From: Lytechinus pictus
Taxonomy: Eukaryota
Assembly: GCF_037042905.1 (NCBI RefSeq)
Contig: NC_087263.1
Span: 10,540,001 to 10,604,000, forward strand
Length of the DNA: 64,000 bases
Direction: 5' to 3'
The stretch's first letter is position 1. The number at the start of each line of letters is the position of its first letter. The position numbers and the translations under genes were made by a program. The notes under the pieces are model-generated. The model was not told the origin of the DNA. It searched no databases and saw nothing but the letters and a program-made list of their open reading frames with translations. This document shows positions 53,435 through 64,000 of the stretch, piece by piece.

Positions 53435-54257
53435 TCATGGTTGGACGGCATAGACGGGACTGTTCTTGTAGTTTGCTGGCCTGTCCCGTGGAACCTCACG
53501 TAGAAGGGAACCTCCGAAACCACCACCACTCAATAGGTTCATGAGGTTAGCCGGGTGGTTCATCATCACTGGTCGCCTGCCAGGTACACGGGAGCCAGGT
53601 TGACCGGGTTGACCGAATCCGGGTTGACCGGGTCTGGGTTGACCAAATCCGGGTTGACCGGGTCTGGGTTGACCGAATCCGGGTTGACCGGGTCTGGGTT
53701 GACCAGGCCTCTGCCAGGGTTGACGCGGCCCCTGCCCTGGTTGACGGGGATTCGGCATTCCGGTGCCAGGTACTGTGTTGGTTGGCGTAGGGTTAACCGG
53801 ATATAGATCCATGGGATGGTACTCGCAGATCAACGCGTGCTGCTCCGCTCGGGCCTCCTCCATTCTCCACTGAGGGGTGATCTCAAGCTGGTTGTTGAAA
53901 ATCTGATTCTGCAGGTCAGCGTCGAAGATAACGGCTCCGTGATTTGGAGGGGGACGGGGTCCTGGTAGCTCGACCCAGGGTAGGTAGTTACCCACTGGTT
54001 CCTTGCTATACCATTCCCACTGTCCGCTTGGGCCGACGTGGAGACCAATCCAGACAGGAACAGGCTCGACCATCATGCGGACCGCCCACTCGTAAAGGAA
54101 GTTATTCTCCTCTCTGGTGTTGACTGTCACAAGTGAGGCGTTCGGGTGCATCTGCGAGCAATAAAAGTTGGCGGTGTCTTGGAATAGACCGTCCGGACTG
54201 TTTACAACCATTGGGTTGTTGGCTGATACTCTTCTTAGGAAGGCACCACTGTCAAAT
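53435..54257 (-). CDS. SM30: SM30-family gene 4, exon 2 (CTL domain, [10 protein letters not shown] repeats, basic tail); spliced protein 573 aa
   Basis: Acceptor cttttcttgcag|A at 54258/54257, then FDSGAFLRR; [42 protein letters not shown]; ICEYHP; tail [29 protein letters not shown]. 899+823=1722 nt. Confidence 0.93.
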
Positions 54258-54303
54258 CTGCAAGAAAAGCCAAAACAGATGATACATGTGTTTGTGAACA
54301 GGG

Positions 54304-54780
54304 TTTAAAGGGGAATGTAACCTTTGGAACATGTGGGCTTGTGAGGAAAGAGAGAAATCAAAGGATGAGATCAAAGAAAGTTTGTGAAAAAGCAGACAAA
54401 TAATGAGAAAATTATGAGCATTTGAATATTGCGATCACTAATGCTATAGAGATCCTCCCATTGACAATGAGACAAAGTTGTGCGATGTCACATGTGAATA
54501 ACTTCCCTTGTGTTGGACTATAAAATACCCCCCAAATGTCTCTTTTTGCTCTTTCTTATGATGATACAAACTCTTTATCCATTACATATTCTTGGAAAAT
54601 TCGTATTACATGCCCCTATAGAAAGAATACATGATCTACTGATAGAAGTGATAAAAATGTCAGTTTAAGCATGTTAAGTGAACTACATACAAAAATAATG
54701 GGAAAGTTGTTCACATGTGACATCACACAACTTTGTCGCATTGCCAAATATGAGATATTATTATCAAGATATCGATAACT
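54304..54780. mobile_element. Truncated TTAA-type element in the gene 4 intron; reverse-oriented relative at ~63410-64000
   Basis: Starts ttaaAGGGGAATG; ~54380-54750 matches the reverse complement of ~63640-64000. Confidence 0.65.
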
Positions 54781-57700
54781 GTAAAGCGCCATTCGTGAAA
54801 CAGTTGTTCATTGGCAGAAGGACATTTGACAATGCGTTTTCTATATGTTCTTCAATTCGGCGCACGCCGTGGAGCGAGAACTCCTTAATCATTAGCAATC
54901 TACTATGATCTTTTTAAAGAAAATTTTAAAACAGAAAAATGGGTCTTTTTCATCATGGGGTTAACCCGGTAATTGGAACGTCGGCGTGCATACTTGCGGC
55001 TTCCCGTCCCTGACAGTCCATTATGGGATCGGGTAAAAAGTGGGGACTGACTCATTACCCCTGTCTCTCCCAACGGAAGGTGAGTTTTCTTTATCTGTAC
55101 CTCAAGTGCGACCCCCTGCTACCCTACATGACCCTCCTGCTCCTCAAGGAATAGTTAAGAAGGTGAGGTTTACCGCTCCCCAGAAAGGAGGTCACACCCC
55201 CACGCTCCTTCAGCATCGCAACTTTGACTTTATTGGATAATGTTAACCATACCAGCTTCATGGTGACGGAATAACTATTTTTATCACTTTCCATTAAAAA
55301 TATTCATATTTTGGGGTAACATCCAAGTAACATATTGCCAAGCGTCGAATTGCAAGACTACGTGAAGGCAGTATTTCCCTTTGTAATTTGGTAGACTGTA
55401 TGAGCGGTCCACTATCATTTTACAAAAAATGTAGGATATTATATAATTATATATATATATATATATATACATATAATATATACATCTTTATTATAAAGGC
55501 AACATTATTTATAAGGTTTTGCTTTCGGATTGTTTCCTTTTTTATACCAATATTTTTAATTGATATTTTTTCTTGAGATTTGCAAAGTAATATAATTTCG
55601 AATAAATTTAAACCAAGTTGGTTAAAAATTGATCATTTTTTCAAACGAACGATACGGTATCAACTTAAGACGAAAATAAAGAAAATAACATAAATTTCTT
55701 TATAAAAGGAACATGTGACTGTACTATGATTTTAGGCTGATGATGAGATGTGAACCTCGAAACATGTTCCGTTTAAAACAATGTTACGTTCCTTTCCTTA
55801 TTTTCGTCTTTAAGTTATTATTTATGTCCTGTTGGTATGTCATTTTCAGTGTCCTCTATTCAATCGCTTTGGAGTGTGTTTTATGGTTTTAACAACGATA
55901 GTACGTGTTAGATACGCCAGGGCCCCGTCTTACAAAGAATTGCGATTGATCCGATCAACCAAAACTATGGAAAGCCAAGAAAGCAGCTTCTAAAATGCAT
56001 ATTTGTTCAAAAAAAAATCTAAATACAATGTACATGTATATTCATACATTCATCGTTTTCTTAAAAAATTAAGTGGACTTCTTTGTGCTTATAAAGGACA
56101 TTGTGCAAATTTCCTGTACAAATGAATTTTTACGTTCATGGATTTCCATATACTTGAGGTTGATCGAATCAATCGTAATTCTTTGTAAGATAAGGCCCAG
56201 ATCGACGAACGCTATAACGCAATTTTCAATGACATACCGTCGGTCGGTTTGGAGTCGGGTTATTTAAACCATGGACCTACTTGCTAGTAGGTCCATGTTT
56301 AAACACGTGTACACGGTGGTATCAATAATGAATGCACAAAGCATTTTCATTCACTTGATGCAAGTTAAAAGAGCAATGTATGGAAATACGCCTCGGTCAA
56401 GGGCCGTGCCGGGAATCGAACTCCGGACTTTGTGTAGTCGTGCGCCTTTGGCCACTCGACCAAGGCATCACACAATACTACGGACCATTCACACCAGAGT
56501 TATCCATTCAAGACCGTTCAAAGATATTCCGTTATTTCCAATGACAGACCAAGGGTAGGATCGCAATCGGTTTGTGACTGTGACATCAGTGTTCGCCATT
56601 AAAGCTCATTCTTCATGCATGGATAGCAGGGGGTTTTAGAATGTCTTGAAATAATCTATTTATTTCCATATGTATTCATAAATTTATTTATAAATTCATG
56701 TATTTATTTATTTATTTACTTATTCATCAATCGATTCATTAATTCCTTTAACTACTTATCTATCTATCCATCCATTCATCCATCTATCTATCATTTTGAA
56801 TCATTTATTTCCTAACGATTTCTGCTTCTTGAAGCTGAATAAAATTTCATTACATACTTTCTGTATATATCTTATATAAAATGCTGTTCTTAGTTAGGTT
56901 TGACATAATTTGTTTTTATTTGTGCAGCCTTACAAATAATTAAGATATCATCAGCATTATATTTAACCCTCCAAGCAGTAATAAAAAAAGAAAAAGGTGA
57001 ATAAATATCACACTGTAGAGAGATAGTGTTCTTTTTTTTTCTCGGAAATACGAGGCCGTCTTAAATACTCGAGATCGTTGATCGTGCCCTCCAAAAGAAA
57101 AGGAAAATTTTTGAGATCGAAGCAACTCAGGTAGCTCAATGAAAGTACATCAGAGCCAAAGCTGAACACTACGATGCGCTAAAACTATCTTTCAAAAAAT
57201 TATATTTTTTTAAACTGATAGATAAGATAATAAATTTTGTCTGTTAAGGAATGCTCTTAGCAGCTGCCTGTGAAGGCTTTAATATTGCAATTTTGCGGCA
57301 TGTTTTGTTTTCATAGGTAATTAACGTAAATTTAAAAGGCACTGTATAAAAAACGAAAATTATTAAGAATAGTATCGTTTCTCTATAACAACGGCTAACT
57401 TTAGTTTTCAGTCCTTACATTACATTCAGAACTTTAACTTTCTTTAACAAGATGTACAGTTCGTCTATATAATTGAACCGTGACTAGAGTTTAGACCGAT
57501 GATAATTTTGAACTAAAAATCAGCCTGTACGCGGATACAGTCACCTCATTCGAGACAGAAATCGACATTTTGTTTTAAATCAATGCTCCCTCCTTTTTTT
57601 GTACAAAAGGATCTTTGAAGGTTCGAAATCATTTATAGACAATCGCAATGTTGATTTGGATTGATCATCACCATGATCACGTGTTGACGTCTTAAGTTAT

Positions 57701-57949
57701 TGATTAATCTATATATTTCTAAAAAGCATAGAGTGAAGGTTGATTAACTATAAAGAGCCCAAAACATAAACTGTGCCATCGTTCATGTTCACACGACCTT
57801 TCAAACAGGGAAAGTTTTTCAATGTTGGGATGTCAAAATCAGTCACCTTAGGTTATTTTTTTTAGATATAGAATACGGACAAGACAGACATCGCAGGGTT
57901 TGGACTATACATCCGGCATTATGAAATTAGAAAATGCTTTGGAACTTAC

Positions 57950-58848
57950 AGATAACAGCTGTTTCCTTCCTCAATCCAATATTTAGCGCATCTCTCCCTC
58001 CTGCTGGGATCGGGAATAACTGGTTCAATATTAGGTCTGCCAGCGCCAGGCCATTGACCACCGGAACCTCCTGCACCTTGGCCAGGCCATCCTCCTCCAG
58101 GTTGACCGCCAGCTCCCCATCCAGGCTGTCCACCAGGTTGACCAAAGCCAGGTTGACCAAAGCCAGGCTGACCGAAGCCAGGCTGACCACCAGGCTGACC
58201 GAAACCAGGTTGACCACCAGGCTGACCGAAACCAGGTTGGCCAAAGCCAGGCTGACCGAAACCAGGTTGACCACCAGGCTGACCGAAACCAGGTTGACCA
58301 AAACCAGGTTGACCAGCTCCGGGTTGTCCCCATCCAGGTTGACCAGTTCCAGGTTGTCCGGCTCCAGGTTGTCCCCAACCAGGTTGACCAGTTCCGGGTT
58401 GTCCCCAACCAGGTTGACCAGTTCCTGGTTGTCCCCATCCTGGCTGACGTCCCCCAGGAGTTCCAGGGAATCCTGGCTGTCCACCTGGTTGTTGTCCTCC
58501 AGGAGTTCCAGTTCCAGGGAAGCCTGGTCGTGCACCAGGTTGTTGACCACCAGGGGTTCCAGGCCTAGGGAAGCCCGGCTGTTGTCCACCCGGCTGTCCA
58601 GGCCTACCGCCAACTCCTGGCTGTTGTGCACCAGGGGTTCCAGGCCTGGGGAAGCCTGGTTGTTGTCCACCCGGCTGTCCAGGCCTCCCACCAACTCCAG
58701 GCTGTTGTCCTGGTTGTTGACCAGGTTGCTGATTTCCAGGTTGACCGGGTCTTCCGAATGGCGGTTGTTGCCTTCCCGGGATCTGGGGATTCTGAGCTTG
58801 CACAGACAACGCTGCAACACACACCAACACACAAATATAACCCCTCAT
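57950..58848 (-). CDS. SM30: SM30-family gene 4, exon 1 (signal peptide + ~260-aa Gly/Gln/Pro repeat domain)
   Basis: ATG at 58848 (gtaaagATG); [18 protein letters not shown]|Q; [17 protein letters not shown] repeats; [22 protein letters not shown]; donor CT|GTAAGT at 57950/57949 on the minus strand. Confidence 0.93.
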
Positions 58849-58994
58849 CTTTACAGCAGCTACCGGCCTGATTATGGAAATTATATCACAGTGACTCAAC
58901 TAAAGTCTAAATTGAAAAAAAAAACGGGTGCTGGATGACCAACTCGAACCTGCGATGTTGGCACTATCTGTTCCCCGTCATGAAGGAACGATCC

Positions 58995-59002
58995 TATTTA
59001 TA
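58995..59002 (-). promoter_or_regulatory. Putative TATA box of gene 4
   Basis: Minus-strand gTATAAATAggat 154 nt upstream of the ATG. Confidence 0.6.
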
Positions 59003-62000
59003 CTAGGTCCTCTTGATAAAAAAAGTAGCACTCTTCCTTCTACGTACTTCTGGTTGGATACAGCGCAGGCTCATCTGTTAAACAGCATCCGTCATCATCC
59101 ATTGCCAAATCCAGTTAGGGATACCCCTGAGGAAAGGGGCGGGGCTTCATCGAGATGTCATGTGGAGGGAAATTACTGAACGAGGATGGGGCTATTTCGA
59201 ACTCTAATAAGCCTTGACATCTCTCGCGCCACTGTGAGTAATGCCCAAGAAAATCGAAACGATTATAATAAACCCTTTTCTATATATCTCAGGTATTGTT
59301 TCTTTGGTGTAAATGACCCTGTAAACATTACCTCAAAAGAAACGATTAACACAATAAACGTTCTCTCAATATCATTTCACATTCAATTTCTTTTTCATGT
59401 TAATATGTCTTTGGANNNNNNNNNNNNNNNNNNNNNNNNNNNNNNNNNNNNNNNNNNNNNNNNNNNNNNNNNNNNNNNNNNNNNNNNNNNNNNNNNNNNN
59501 NNNNNNNNNNNNNNNNNNNNNNNNNNNNNNNNNNNNNNNNNNNNNNNNNNNNNNNNNNNNNNNNNNNNNNNNNNNNNNNNNNNNNNNNNNNNNNNNNNNN
59601 NNNNNNNNNNNNNNNNNNNNNNNNNNNNNNNNNNNNNNNNNNNNNNNNNNNNNNNNNNNATTACCACTTCTACTACCTCTACTACTGCTGCTGCTCCTCT
59701 CCCCGACTTCTGCAACTACTATTCTACTATTTTTTTTCATTTGTGATTTCATTATTTAATATATTAACTTATTAACAAAACAAGGTATCACAATCACATT
59801 AAAGATAAATTCATGTAAGATCGGGTACCGTCTTCTTTCATCCCTCTTTTTCGTAATCCATACACCTGTGGCAATCCTAAATAAATTCCGTGACTGAAAG
59901 TATGAGTATAGTTTGAAAACAAAATAGTTACACGGTTTCCTTTGTGATTTCGCAAATCCCACGTAAGCGCTTGATGCCAATTACGAGTCTTAAGGTATAC
60001 TGCTGACAAATTGTCCCTGAAAAAGTCTTTAATAACCAATTGATTAGTCATTTCTGGGAATATGACGTCCGACAGTGATTTAAATGTGGAGACACATTTA
60101 ATACATGTACCTCAGAAAAAAAAAATAAATGTGGAGACACATTTAATACATGTATCTCAGAAAAAATAGGATAGCACCCATCCCTCCCCTTCATTTACCC
60201 ACCCACATTCGTATGCGTCACAGATACGTGATATGTCGATTTTCACCATGAACCTAGCACTGGATTTCGTTGATATTTCATTATAATGCGTGGTGATTAA
60301 CTTTGGCCCATCTTACATTTTCATCTCCTCCCTTCTCTCTATTTTCTCTTCTCTTTCTTAGTTTTTCTCTGTAACTCTCTTTCTATCTTTTTTTGATCTC
60401 CTTTTTCTGTCGCCTTAGATCTTTAAGAACTTTTCCCCGCTCCGAATTTACACAAGGGTTTTGTAGCTTCCTCCTCTTCACACGACCAGCACAATTTTTG
60501 CTCGCTCACTTTACTCCCTCGGGACTTTTAAGTAATTTGTCACACACGTCATGTTGTGCCCACTGAATTTTTCTAATTATACTACTTTCACCCTCCTCAT
60601 CTTCCTCATCTTTTCCTCCCCAATTTTTTTATTGTTACAATTTTTTTATATCCAGGCAGCATTTATTGGTAAAAAAAGCAAATTGATGGGAAATATAAGT
60701 TTTACATATTCTTCAATAGACCTTAGTGAAAGTGGGCTTAGCGGCTTCGTTGGGCTATCAAAGAACAATAAAATCGCTTGTCCATACATTGCAAATAAAG
60801 CTTATTGAATAAAACAATGCAAAATGAATAATAAAATAAATAAACATACAAACAACAACAACAAAAACCTCCACAAAACGACGGTTCCAACAATCTTTAA
60901 TCTTCTTTAGTGTTTTTATTTTAAAGTGGTAAATGGTTACTCCTTCTACATGTATATAAACAATATGCAACAATATGTGACTTCATATGCCTACAAAGAT
61001 GCCCCGCCCCTGCTTCTAGAAGTATCAAGTTTTTAAAAATTCTTTCAAATAAATTTAGAGGTGTATTCAACTCCCCTTCCCTAGAATTAATTACCACCCC
61101 ACCAGCGCGGCAGTACGCAAAAACTCGAAAGCAAGGGCTGAAGCGATCGAGCTTGTAATTTGGACGCTCTTGTATTTTCCAAAGTGAAATTGAAGGATTC
61201 CGTGTACATCTTAAGATAATTTTGTGGAGATTTCCAGAGAAAATTTAGTCGCCCCCCTCCCCCACTGAGTATGGTCATGTATCCTACACGTTTCCTCAAC
61301 CGCTGTTCCTTTTTATCAGGATAGCAGATACTGATCTGTTGGAACTATTTATAGACATGATCTTTCGACGGTAAGTAACATTCTCTTTAAAAGAAATTGT
61401 ATCAACTCGCGCAAGAAATGACAGGGACTAACCCTTTTTTCTGTACAGATTTTTGGCACTATAAAACACAAGGCCTTGCACTAATTCTGTTAGCATCATG
61501 AATTTCTCCCATGATATCTTAAGTGAGGAAATTCAAAGACTTGAAAATAAATAAAAATTTTAAAAGAAATCGCACTATGAGACACCTTGAGCCGCAAAGC
61601 TGCTCGTAATAGTAATAAAATTACGAATAATACCTCTTAGTTGTGCACTTATAATGTATGAACCTGTAATATACACATTATACTGACGTTCATATTCTCT
61701 TTGGTTGTTCATTCCAAATTATTTCAATGGTAAGTTCCATTCTTTTTTCACTCCTTTTGACATCATCCCCAAATATTTGTATTTCACTGGAAATCATTAA
61801 TTTACCTGGTTAAAATAAATGTTGACCCTAAAATATCATATCTGACACCATTTCCTTCAAATTGACCCATGTTCCCCATCCTACTATATGTTCTCGTTTT
61901 CACACATATCATTTATTTTCAAATGCTATTTCTATCTGAATTTGTTATTGTTTGATATAAAGTTCATGTATATGTTTCTTTTCTCGTGGATGTTACCTGA

Positions 62001-62261
62001 CTATCCCGGTACGGGTATAGGAGATCCTGCTGGTTGTAATAATTCATTTTACTTTTTCCTTTCCCAGGCAACCCTTAAACATTCTTGTTCTTTTTTATCT
62101 CCGTATGTTCTCATGCAAACTGCTTTGTAATTTTGTTTGAAATGCAGAATAAATTGATAATAACTTGCAAATGATGTTTTGCGCAGGGCTGGAGAGGAAG
62201 CAAGGCTACAGGGTCCGGTATACTCGAGGAACAAAACACCACGCAAGTTTTTCCATTCATG

Positions 62262-62607
62262 CACTGCAAAAACCCCGGTGTTGATTTAACACCAGCCCGG
62301 AATCTACATATGTCCACATCAGAGAAGTGTTTAAGAACACCAGTTTCGTTTTGGTCTTACACCAGTATACAACACTAATTAGTATCAAAACAGCATCGGT
62401 TTGATTCCAAACTGGTGTTGTTTCAATACTTCTCCAACAACACCAGTTTGGAATCAAACCGATGCTGTATTGATACTAATTGGTGTTGTATAAACACTTA
62501 TCTGGTGTTTAACCAAAACGAAACTGGTGTTGTTTAACACTTCTCTGGTGTGGACATAAATGTAGATTCCGGGCTGGTGTTAAATCAACACCAGGGTTTT
62601 TGCAGTG
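62262..62607. mobile_element. CACTGCAAAAA MITE family, copy 5 (TSD TG), longest copy
   Basis: Near-complete 346-nt foldback; TG on both sides. Confidence 0.85.
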
Positions 62608-62660
62608 TGTAAGTTATTGACATATGGTTGTTTTTCTTATTTCTGAAATATTTCCTATTT

Positions 62661-62915
62661 GGGGCGTCGTGGTTTAGTGGTTATGGGCGTGGGTTCGAAT
62701 CCCAGCCATGGTGTGTTTTCCTTCAGCAAGAGATTCACCTGCATTGCGCTGCACTCAACCCAGCTGAGGTTAATGTGGACGCAGCCCGTGTTCTGCTAAA
62801 GCCAGGGTAATTATGCTGCATTACTATTACTGTAGAGCGCTTACAGACTTCTGATAAAGTAAGAGTTAAGCGCTATAAGCAAGTATATTAATAATAATAA
62901 TAATTATTATTATTA
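62661..62915 (+). mobile_element. tRNA-derived SINE (internally deleted)
   Basis: ggggcgtcgtggtttagtgg, gggttcgaatccc, gtgttttccttcagcaag core, aagcgctataag..(taa/tat)n tail. Confidence 0.75.
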
Positions 62916-63216
62916 GCCTCGTCCCGACTTCGTCCGAGATTCTTCCCCGAGGAGAACGCCAATGACTTTGGACCCAAGTCCAAGAGCCGGCAAAGACAAA
63001 TGCTTAATCTTGTACACCAGAGATCATTATGTCATTTTAATATTCAACCGAGGACATCTGATATCGTTGCTAATCGAGGACATTTTATCTGTTTCCCTAA
63101 AATGATTTATGCAAGGGGTCGACATTCAAACTATTTGTAACGGTCCGCGAGGAAGTAATCGGTGTGCTGTATGTACATGTACACGGTCCAAAAGAGAAGC
63201 TAATGTGAGAGTCCAG

Positions 63217-63345
63217 GTTCCCGTAACACAAAGGTTAGCGATTGATCGTACGCTTGATTTTCACGATTGATTGTGTATTGTAGTCAATGGAATCAATCGT
63301 AGAAAAATGTTCTACGATCATTGCTAAGTTTTGTGTTACGGGCCA
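63217..63345. mobile_element. Short MITE (CCCGTAACACAAA...TTTGTGTTACGGG); relatives at ~13621-13977, ~49341-49627, ~55919-56198
   Basis: Terminal inverted repeat and shared gattgatc/aatcgta motifs. Confidence 0.65.
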
Positions 63346-63409
63346 TAGGTTTTCAACAAACATACGCGCACATCCACGCTACACACACACACACACACCC
63401 TTTTCAGTA

Positions 63410-64000
63410 ACTGTGTGTGCTTAGATTTCAATGGGTGAAGCCCTCTTCAATCATGAAGACCTATGGTAACCTAGCTCAAGTATACCCATCAAAAAAGTAG
63501 TTTGAATGAAAACAAAAATCATACGTATAAATTCGAACACAACATTCGTGGATATGCACGAATTTAAATTGAATAAATGATAAGAAAGTTATGAGCTTTT
63601 AAAGTTAAGATCATTATTGTAATGTAGATCCTCCCATATGCAATGCGACAAAGATGGGTGATGTCACATGTGAACAACTTTGCCATTACTTTGGTATATA
63701 TTTCACTTAAACTGCCTCTTTTATCACATCTATCAGTAGAGCATGTATTCTTTCTATATAGGGGGCATGTAATACAGATTTTCAAGGAATATATTATGGA
63801 TAAAGAGTTTGTATCACCATAAGAAAGAGCAAAGAGAGACATTTTGGGGGGTATTTTATAATCCATCAAAGGCAAAGTTGTTCACATGTGACATCACACA
63901 ACTTTGTCGCATTGTCAATGGGAGGATCTCCAGAGCATTACAGTTATCGCAATATTTAAATGCTCATAACTTTCTCATTTTTTCCCGATTTTTCTCAAAC
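63410..64000. mobile_element. TTAA-type element running off the window end
   Basis: Homologous to 54304-54780; internal inverted repeat gatgtcacatgtgaacaacttt / aaagttgttcacatgtgacatc. Confidence 0.6.

Noticed and set aside
57927-58938. Long overlapping ORFs on other frames and strands (334 aa +, 301 aa -); likewise 18166-18815 and 45020-45833
   Set aside because: They are shadows of GC-rich Gly/Pro/Gln codon repeats, which lack stops in other frames; no signal peptide, splice or domain support.
60082-60165. Local ~45-nt direct duplication (aaatgtggagacacatttaatacatgta..ctcagaaaaa)
   Set aside because: An ordinary two-copy tandem duplication with no further structure.

Overview
Sea-urchin (echinoid) genomic DNA, AT-rich and repeat-dense, with four N-runs. 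It holds a cluster of four two-exon SM30-family spicule/biomineral matrix genes (signal peptide + Gly/Pro/Gln-rich region + degenerate C-type lectin domain + conserved basic C-terminal tail): gene 1 (+, 6030-6262/8368-9061, 308 aa), gene 2 (+, 18227-18720/22131-22731, 364 aa), gene 3 (+, 45227-45747/47941-48667, 415 aa) and gene 4 (-, 58848-57950/54257-53435, 573 aa). All four share one phase-2 GT-AG intron after the CY(L/R) motif, but each has a different low-complexity insert or repeat. Between genes 2 and 3 lies a DIRS-type tyrosine-recombinase retrotransposon (27380-37576, - strand). I recognised it from its inverted LTRs and an internal complementary region (ICR) that reproduces the circle junction. 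Its termini are nearly intact but its ORFs are decayed. Nested in it are a 4.9-kb foldback element (TAG...CTA ends, 3-bp TSD, Academ-like) and a SINE. The rest is tRNA-SINEs, non-autonomous DNA transposons (CAC..GTG, TTAA/Kolobok-like, Tc1/mariner, hAT) and microsatellites. Family names come from recalled motifs, not from database searches.
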